Position numbers and translations under genes: made by a program
Notes under the pieces: generated by a model
The model's input: the letters and a program-made list of their open reading frames with translations, nothing else
Database searches by the model: none
Told to the model about the DNA's origin: nothing
In this document: in pieces, positions 54,552-64,000 of the stretch
How positions within the stretch are numbered: position 1 is the first letter of the stretch
Layout of the letters: each line of letters starts with the position of its first letter
Origin: Octopus vulgaris
Taxonomy: Eukaryota
Assembly: GCA_951406725.2 (NCBI GenBank)
Contig: OX597815.1
Span: forward strand, 173,228,001 to 173,292,000
DNA length: 64,000 nt
Reading direction: 5' to 3'

Positions 54552-57500
54552 CTGTTAAAGATCAAAATATGAGGAATATAAATTTTTGTAAAATTAAGTT
54601 TTACACAGGGAATAAATTATATTTTATGGATTATTTTATTTATTAAAAAATGAGTAAATCAAATGGAAAAATTAATTTTAAACACCCAATATAAACTGGC
54701 TATTTTCGTACAACATTGCTGTGATAAAATCAAATATATGTGATGATAATTTTTGAAATGAATTAATCTTTGCATCTTGATTTATAAAGAAACATGTATG
54801 AAACATAATAGTTATGGTCGCGTTTTATTATAACTGTTGTTTCTGTTGATAATTTATAATGACAGCTACAAGACAGTAAATATAATTTATATCTGTAAAT
54901 ATAATTTTCTTTTTCCTTACTTTCAAGTTGACTTTGGTTATAGATAGTGTCTTAATTTTAAATTAACAAGTATACTAATGCAAATTTTAAAGAGTTCAAA
55001 ATATACATAGGCAACTAGATGATATATTTATTGCAACAGTGACTAAATAATTAGCAAAGTAAACATTTTCTTCTATCATTCCAACAATATGAAAATTGTA
55101 AAATTAGGACATAAAAAAGTAAACAAAAAAAATATTAGCATAGCAAAATAAATGTAAAACAAAAACCGAACACTCAATTTAATTAGTGGTAATATATTTA
55201 TCCTAAACAATCACTGTGATGAGGAAGGAGTAAGACATCTATTTCCGTCAATTATCATTTGAAAGTAACATATATAGGAGATTAGTTGAATAAAACTTAA
55301 GATTGGTATCTAAAAGTTTATTCCAGGTATAATATAACATGAATCTAAAAATAATGCTATCATGTTGCCAGTAACTATTTTTCATTGCAAATAAAAATGT
55401 ATTTATGTTGGGAATGTTTTTTTTTAAAGCAAAGTTAAATAGAATAGTATTTCAGAGTTCCTAAAGAAAAAAGTGACAAATGAAAAAGTTTTCAAAAAAC
55501 TTGGAAACATGAAGAAAATGTATAAAAATTCAAAAAGTGAAAATGATACTTTGTTATGAATGTATATAATATAGCACTTCAAGAAAAAGTATGCTAGAGC
55601 GTAAAATCCATTTAGTGGGCTGGGTACACACTGCTATTGCCGAACTGGAATAAGAATTAATGAAAACAGTGAGGGAAGAGCTAGTTCTGATGTTGCTTGC
55701 CCGTCCAATGGTATAACAGACAGTTGAGAAAGCTGGCACTAGTTATCTAGCTTTACTATATAACTCATGACAGTAAAAGCAACATTGTTACTACAGTGTT
55801 TCCAAATATAAAAAGCCTATATATGGCTTTCAATAACACTTCAGGTAATAACTGCTTTTAGAAAAGTTATTAGTAACTTAGGAACAGAATATTAGTTTTG
55901 AAATAGACTAATTTTCAGAAACTGTAAAATAATTTTATTGCTACATTTCATAAAAGCCAATATTGTTTACCATTACACTTTATATCAGAGGCAAGGTGAA
56001 AGGGAGAAATCTAATGAGAGAAATGGGAGAAGCCAATAAAATGAAGTCTCTTCCTTTTATCAACTCACTTTCATTTTCATATTACTTATGACAAAATTAT
56101 AATCTCATTCATATTGAGCAGAGTTGCATCAACTTAACCTGATCGAAATTAACATATTAAACATGAGGTTAATACTCAAAAGAAAGACTCTCGCTTTTGG
56201 GAGTACTAACCTCAAGACTATAATTCCTGCTGTCTCAGTAGGATTCTTACAGTTGTATCTCAGTTAGCCTAATTTCAAAAGGAGACAATGAACAAATGAC
56301 TGATGTGAAATCCTCATAGCTAACTAGGATCAAAATCTGTAATTTATTCATAGCACGAACACAGATGCATTCTTCATTTTAATTTAGCAGTCAAGAGAAG
56401 GAAAACTTTAGCTTAAGAATTGGCATTACTACATGAAGATTTTATCAACCAATTAGATAAAAAGACCAATTTATTGAATGATCCTCTCCATAAACACTGA
56501 GACATTCTGACATTAAGAAATATATTCAAAACAAAATTTCACTCTTTAATTACATTTCAAGACATATGATATCAGCAGAGATACAACTAATATTTTTCTG
56601 GTGATGAATTAATAATAGAGTAAAAACACTGACATTGAATTAGCATATAAATATGGCTTTTTAATTTTTGGTAGTGCAAAACTTTATGAAGAAGAAATCA
56701 TGAAGAATGAAGAGAACATGCAGTGAAAACTTTTAACCAAAAATAAGAATATTTATATTTGCTACACTGAAAAGTGATAAATAAAAAAGCACTGAGTTGT
56801 TAAGATAAGAGCAGAACTACTACTAAGGTAACTTGACATTTATGAGTATGGCAATAGTTCCAGCAACAAAACAAACACTTTACAGAGTATAAGTTTACAA
56901 TCCTGGCTCTGTGTGAGACTTGAAAGAACTTTCAGATATCTTAGTATGTTCTGAAGGCTTCAGTCAGTCATTGAGTAAGCACACACTCACACAAACATAC
57001 ATATAGATAATCAGAAAATATGGGAAGTGAAATGTGGTTTATAAAGGAATAAACTAATGATCAGCTTTCAGTGATCAGAAGTAGTTAGGAAATAAAACTT
57101 TCAAGTTAGAAAACAATATTAAATTCAGATTATTATAAAGTGTGTGTGCGCATGCATGTGTGTGTATGTGTATATGTAGAGACAAAACCCCCCCAAAGAG
57201 ATTTTTTTTTCTTTTTACAGACAAGTTTAGTATTTATAATACAAGGAAATCTTACTGGATGACTGGTTGCAAAAATAAGTGAAATTATTATTATTTTTCA
57301 GGTGTACTCAGAAAGCTAAAGTCAAGTTAAAGGGCAGTAAACATGCTAATTAGTATATTAAAAAAAAATAATTGAATAAAAGATGTAAAATAGTGTACTG
57401 GATGGATAATTACTAAGTGACAAGAAAGATATAATGTGAAACAAATAGGAACCCTCAGCAGAGACCCCCTCCCCACTCAGGTACAAAAAAAAAGTTGCCT

Positions 57501-60500
57501 AGTATGTAGAAAGAATATTGGGCAGAGAGAAAAGCTCAGGAAAAAAATAAAGAAAGATAAGAAAGATGGAAAAACATGAAAGCAAAAGAATTTGTAACAA
57601 GTGTATGAAAAAAAAAGGGGATTGAATGAAAAAAGAAGTGATTCGATGGGGGGAGGCGATAAACAGAGAGGGGAAAGGAAGAGAAGGGCTAACAGTGAAA
57701 GATAAAAATATGGGGGTAATAAAAGAGAAAGAAACAGATAGGAATTTGGACAGAAAGAGAGTGGGGGGAAAGTTAAAATAATGAGTGGAAGTGAGAAATG
57801 ATAGAGAATGGGAATGGGGGTGCTAAATGAGGGATAAAGGCAGAGGGGAAAATAAGGCAGGAATGGAATGAAAAAGACAGAGAAGTAAAAGACAGTAAGA
57901 TAGAGAGATGAGACATGAGTGTAATGGAACAATGTAGAAGTGGAGATATGAAATGAAGGCCGATAGAAAATAAAATGAAATTATAATTGAATTTCAATGA
58001 AAACCAAAATGAAAATTGATATAATTTAGTTAAGTATTTTTTTCTTTTGTAATTGCATTGAAGTTGCACCAGAATTGCATCCATTAAATCGATTGCAGAA
58101 GTTGCCTTAACATTGCACTTGTTAGATCAATAAAATAAACTAAAATACAAATAAAACATTTAAACATATAGAAATCCTGAAAACAAATGAATTGTTTTGT
58201 GAATGAAAATTATTGACAAACACTTAACAGGTGTGTGTTTAGTAGGGAAGGTGTATATGATCTCACACTGGATACCAGTCTGACTCAGAAGATAAGGTTG
58301 TTGATTGGCCTCAGTGTTCTTTTCAGAAATAATAATCCTAAGACAACTGGGTTGATTCACCAGTTTGCCATTTTTCTGCTAGATAGAAGACAGGCTTAAT
58401 TTCTTCATAAACATACATGTATCCACATGCATGCATACACACACACACACTTCTTTACCTGTAAAGCTTTAGATATTTTCACAGAATTTTAAATAATAGC
58501 ACGTCCCTTTTCTATCTGGTAAAAATGATTCCTCAAGCTTTAATGCAGAAGAGTTAGGCTAATTTGTGTTTCCTGATTTGTTTTCTAGTCACGGCTATCT
58601 TATTTTGAATAAGACAGTGATATATTCATTTGAAGAAAGAAATAATTGCTACATCAGAAGATAGGCCAACTCGCATAAAAGGTCTCTCTGACTAGTTTGA
58701 AAGAAAGTGTTGTATATTTATGCAGAAGAAATTCAATGTCAGATTTTGTTCCCTCCACCTATCCAATGCATTAATGAAGTGCAGCTATCAAAATATATTT
58801 GGTTAACATTACAAATCTTCACTCTGCCCACACAATTTGGCATTCATTTTCATGCTTCCACAGCTTATATATCATTTAGTTGTATATCTTAAAAATATAA
58901 ATTTATGATAGTGGTGAATTATATAAATTATGTGGCACAGATATTTACCAATGACTTGTAACATAAACCTTTCGTTTTTCCCATACAATCCTATAGAATG
59001 CTTTTAAGAGATGGTTGTATAAGGGAACTTCTATTTGAAGCTGACCTGATTTTTATTATCAATTCAGCATTGACAATAGTTTGAAACCTGTTACAAGAAA
59101 TATTGAAGTAAAGTGTTTAGCGGACTGAATTCTGTCTCCTACTATCAGGAAGGCAGCTAACGTAAGGTAGGAAGTGGCAACATACAAATTATGTTCTATA
59201 TGGTCAATACAATAATTGAAAGTATAAGGTGCATTAGTAATTTAGGTGAATTAAAAACCGTATCAAATGTAAGAAGCAGTTACAAACAGCATCACTTGTT
59301 ACTTTATTCACTGTAGATTGGCATTAAGATTTTATTGTTTAACCCTTGTTCAGTTCTGATTAAGCAGACTATCATTAAAAATGTAATATCTGGTCAGGTC
59401 TATCACATCTTTTAATATGTTAGGGGCAACATTAATGTATCCTTTCATTTTCAAGATGGCAGGGTGAAATGCTAGATAGAAGTTCTGTCATTGGCTAAAG
59501 GTTAGTGTTTTTCCTTGTCATTTAGGCACTAGGGAGAAGCGAAGGAGATAGATAGGAAAGTTAACAAAAGTTTGGAGCGGTTGAACCATATTTTAAGAGG
59601 GCCTCTTGTTTTTACTGATAAATGGATTGTTAATTCATTTGAGAGACTAACATAGTAATACGTATGATAGAAGTGCAATTTATGTCTCACTGAAATTATG
59701 AAAAGTCAAAGAGAAATTTTCAAGACAAAAGAATTACCTTTCATGATCCTCTGTATTACAAATCTATTATTTGATTGATTAAGAGAAAGGGGTGGAATGG
59801 GGATGGATAGACAGATAGATTAACTGATTTAGAGCAAAAAGGAGAAAGGTGAAAGACAAAGAACAAAAAAAAAAATTAAAGTTTAGTAAAGAAATGACAA
59901 AAAGTTGTTGCCAGAATAAAAATAGACTGATAAATACACGGATAATAATATTGGGTATAACTAGAGAGAAAACTCACAGAAAAATATAGAGAAGATGATA
60001 TTGCATGATTTGTCTGATCTAAGCCACCATAAAAAGATTAAAAAAGAAACCATCAAAAGATGTAACTAATGATGATGATGCAAAGTACTTGCAATGGAAG
60101 CAAAGTAATATGAGTATTCTTAATTAAATTCCTGAAATAGTAAATGTAGCAGCCAAGTGATTAGATAGCCATGGCTCAGAATTGCTGTGGTTTTATTAGC
60201 ATTACAAATCAAAATTTAATATCCTGTTATTGTTAGTGACCTTGTTCTAGGCTAATGCAATTGATTTAATCCTTAAATTTCAATAATTACATATTGTTGG
60301 TCTTGAATATGAATGTGTGTGCATGTGTGTACTAATGTTAACATTCAAATTGAAAGGTAATACTTATGCACTAGCAGGTTGAGCAACCATGCAGAGGGTA
60401 CTGTGCATGTGTGAAAGAGAGAGTTTTATATATATGTATCATCAGTTATTGTTCACATTCCATACTGGCATGGGTTGGACAGTTTGAGAAGATCTGATAA

Positions 60501-61162
60501 GTCATTGAGTATCAATGTCTGTTTTGGCATGGTTTCGACAGATGAACACCTTTCCTAATGCCAACAACAGTGCACTCTGTGGAGTGCACTGGGTGCCTCT
60601 CCATGTCACCATCTCTAGTGAGGTCACTTCTTTAATGTCCAGCTTTCCATGGAACTGTAGGTTGAGCAGAGATGTATTTGAAGCAGGATTTTACAGCTGG
60701 CTGCTCTTTCTGATACCAACCCTTACATGTTTTAGAAGTAAGGTATTTTTATTCAACAAGTTTTCATTATCTAGCAAACTCACTCACAAGGCATTAATCA
60801 ACCTGGGTTACAGCAGAAGACACCTGCCCAATGCATATTCACACATATTAAGAAACACACACACACACACACACACAAAGCATAATAAAAACAAAGAGAG
60901 TTAGGGTTGCTCGCTGTATGCATAAACTGAAAGTGAAGCCATTGGAAATATGCACTGACAACATAGAATTCTTTGGGATGGATAGATAGACAGACAGATG
61001 TGTGTGTGTGTGCGCGTGTATATATATGTTAATGTAACACACAGGTACAATCTCAGAGATCCCTAGATGCATATAGAACAATCTTTATATTCACTTATTC
61101 TGCTTAAAGTGGCTTAACTGTTAGCAGAAGTAGAAAACAACAGGAAAAGATGTTTATCTTAC

Positions 61163-61320
61163 CTCAAGGACTTCATCAATTTGTGATTGCCATTCATTGC
61201 AACTTTGATTAATTTCTGCCCATTTGCGATTGACTAATCTCACTTGTCTTCGAATCTTCCGGATCAGGTAATGTGCCTCTCTTTCAGGTGACATATCTAA
61301 AGCAGTTAACCCTTCGACAT
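61163..61320 (-). CDS. DMD: Dystrophin coding exon, 158 nt (spectrin repeat 23/24 region; 5' part of human exon 59 equivalent)
   Basis: tttacag|ATGTCG...GAG|gtaag. Translates (D)VEGLTALDMSPEREAHYLIRKIRRQVRLVNRKWAEINQSCNEWQSQIDEVLE, resembling human LPPEERAQNVTRLLRKQAEEVNTEWEKLNLHSADWQRKIDETLE. Phase 1 start, phase 0 end. Confidence 0.9.
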
Positions 61321-61649
61321 CTGTAAAATAAAAAGTATTAGTGTAATGACATTTACATGCAATAGCATTTATTTTTCTTTTCATTAGAAGTCACTACCAA
61401 TAAGATAGCAAGAAACCAACAATAAAGTGGACCTCATGTAACCATTTATTTGCTGGGAGTTACAAAGGTAAAGGAAAGAAAAAAAAAAAGAGATTTCATT
61501 TGAAGAACTGCTTCGATGAGTTACAGCCATGTAGATGTAAAAGGGAGATGCGGAAATTGAAAATCCTTTCACTATATATTTCTTTGTCTGAGAGCTTCAA
61601 AAAGATGAATGGACAGTTGCTGGTAACAAATAGTGGGTTACATGCAAGT

Positions 61650-61840
61650 TTTAGCACAAGGCAAGCAAATTTGGTGGAGGTAGGGTCTAGTTGATCACAT
61701 CGACTTCAGTGCTCAACTGGTACTTATTTTATCAACTCCGAAAGGATGAAAGACAAAGTTGGCCCTGGTGGCATTTGAACTCAGAATGTAAAGACAGACA
61801 AAATGCCATTAAGCATTTTGCCCAGCATGGTAATGATTCT
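61650..61840 (-). mobile_element. SINE family B
   Basis: ctggtacttattttatcaactccgaaaggatgaaagacaaagtt..tttgaactcagaatgtaaagacagac. Confidence 0.7.
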
Positions 61841-62329
61841 TATGCAAGTGAAATATTAATATAGATAATTAAGTGTTAAGCAGAGTGCTAATCTTAATAA
61901 CTTGAATAACCTATAATAACTAATAATAACTAGAATAGTAGTAACAGTTTAAACTGCCATGAAATTACAAGAGATGCATTACAGATGGGAATTGCAGAGG
62001 CTTCAGGTTGATAGACAAGGTTAAAAAAGTAGAGTCACAATAAAGGGGTGGGTTTAGTATAAGCCAAGTTGGATAACATGCAGTTTAGTTTTATATCAAT
62101 ATGTGGATTCGCATACATCAAACAAGTGTTTTTAGTTAAAGAAACAACTGTTTTGAATTTGTTAATCAAGAAAAGTATTTGATAGAGTCCCCTGCTCTGT
62201 AGATAGGTGAGTACTGAGAAAATTAGATGTGGATAACTGAGTCATGAAAACAGTTCAAACTATGTATAAGGTTATTGTGTGCAATATTTGCATAGTTTCT
62301 GTATACAATCTATTTAAACATACAACAGT

Positions 62330-62760
62330 GTTTCCCTTCAGGTAGATAATCTCCAACCTTCAGTTACTTTCAACATCTCAAATGTACTGGAAACAATCTC
62401 AAGTAATAGTCTCATTTATCAAATCAAGCTACTTTTTCTTCTCAATAATCACCAATATGATTTTTGGAGTGCCAGGGCTACTAGATACTCAATATTCTGC
62501 ACCACATATCAGTAGTTTCTTGCCTTTGAGAACTTTTTCAAAAGCAATGTTGTAAGCCTTCAACTGAGTCAAGCAAAGAACTTAGAAAGACTGTCTGTCT
62601 ATGGTATTACCCTTGTCTCATTATATGAAATGAAAGTTCTCTGTCAGCTCATTCCATTGCATTTTTTGTTGATGAACTCCATTCAAGTCCCAATTTATCA
62701 ACTTGAGTATGTCTCAGGGTTCACTTATTTCTGCAATACTCTTCTTTTTCTACATTGATA
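62330..62760 (+). mobile_element. Degenerate Jockey/CR1-group RT fragment
   Basis: Remnants SVTFNISNVLETI, NHQYDFWSARAT, MSQGSLISAILFFFYID (cf. HQYGFR..RST, GVPQGSVLSP.LF). Confidence 0.6.
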
Positions 62761-64000
62761 GTAGTTGTGAGTTCACTGTGCTCCTAAATACACACACACA
62801 CACACAGAGGCTTATGAAGATGGTATCAAACCTTTCATAAACTGGTGTAATTCACATGCAACTGAGACAAGCTCACTGATGTACTAATTCTTTTAAAGTA
62901 TCTTTCATGAAGAACAAGACAACTTGAATCTTTATAATCTCTATGAATGATAAATTTATGCAAACTACATATTAGTAAAATAGTAAAACTGTTCTCTGAA
63001 AGCAAAAGTTTCTCTACAAGTACCAAAACCACTTTAGATCTGAATAGATGGTGGCCCTTTCTAAGGCACAAAATATATCCTGCAGAATATTGCTTTGCTC
63101 ACAAATATGGAACAGTACCATTTTTGTAAAATCACATATAAAAAAAGTGTGGTAGGGTAATCAAGGAGTCTTTATCTATCTATATGCTACAAGTTTTATA
63201 CATCTACGGCTATTCCTGCTTCTCAGATCTTACAAATTATGCAGTTGTATTGCAAAAGTGTTGAATTTAATCATTGCCAAAGCTCATGTACATATGGTGC
63301 TCACACTAAAGTAGTCATTTTATCAGTTGATTCCCAATAAGACAACAATATTAATTTATTTAAAAAAAAAATACCACTACATTCTAGCTAATTTAGATGA
63401 TATATGCTTTGCAATATTTATGCATATTTTCCTCACAATACAACTATAAAATTTTATTTGGCCCTTGCTGCTGCACATATATATTTTACGAATGTCTTTC
63501 ACGCCAGAATGTACAGGTGGATATGAATGTTTGGATATTTATGTGTTTTTTCATTATGCTTGTCATATTTTTTAAATTAGTATTTTTATAAACCTTTTCA
63601 AAATGAATTAATACCTCTATTATTGTCTAATAGCTAAATAATAATAAAAAAATCCAGAAGAATATGGTTACTTGTATAGTTATATAGTACAGTATGGTTA
63701 AGTCTAAATAAAAATGTGACTAGAATTTTTATTTCTAAATTATCAGAAGCTTAGAAATTATAAAATAATACATTTTTGAATATAAAATATTTAATATTCA
63801 TAACAGCTTTTACATATTGGTTTAAGCAAGCAAACAAGAATAGATAAATGCACAAATTGATTATTTCATGTATAAATAGTTCTATTAGATGCAAGTTCTT
63901 TTATATTAATAGATATAATTATAATTTTAGTGAATAAAGGGACAGCAAATTGGATTATTACAAAATTATCACTGTAGAAAAGATTAGTGAAATGAGCATA

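Noticed and set aside
57477-58084. Long hydrophobic ORFs (151 and 103 aa)
   Set aside because: Artefacts of a purine-rich low-complexity tract read on the opposite strand.
58976-59030. miRNA-like hairpin (ttcccatacaatc...ggttgtataagggaa)
   Set aside because: The stem is short and bulged; insufficient without small RNA data.

Overview
AT-rich, microsatellite-rich eukaryotic (animal) genomic DNA; the SINE/MITE families resemble those of Octopus (inferred from recall, not searched). The window lies inside one large minus-strand gene, a dystrophin orthologue. I traced 11 consecutive GT-AG coding exons (61320 down to 14590; 1333 nt, frame-continuous) encoding the end of spectrin repeat 23, repeat 24, the WW domain, the EF-hand region and the first half of the ZZ zinc finger. 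Most of these exons are not in the ORF track. From the WW domain onward, exon sizes match human DMD exons 62-68 almost exactly. No flanking exons were found, so the gene extends beyond both ends. The introns hold tRNA-derived SINEs, RTE and CR1-like LINE fragments, two tandem R4/Dong-type RLE retrotransposons in (AAT)n directly against a splice acceptor, a foldback mariner, a DD37D (maT) fragment, piggyBac-type MITEs and a 430-bp palindrome. The most interesting signals are the microsatellite-targeted RLE array at the exon-66-equivalent acceptor, several long dsRNA-forming structures in the pre-mRNA, a twin-priming-type inverted RTE and a minimal Penelope-type hammerhead motif. I cannot demonstrate a new biological system from sequence alone.
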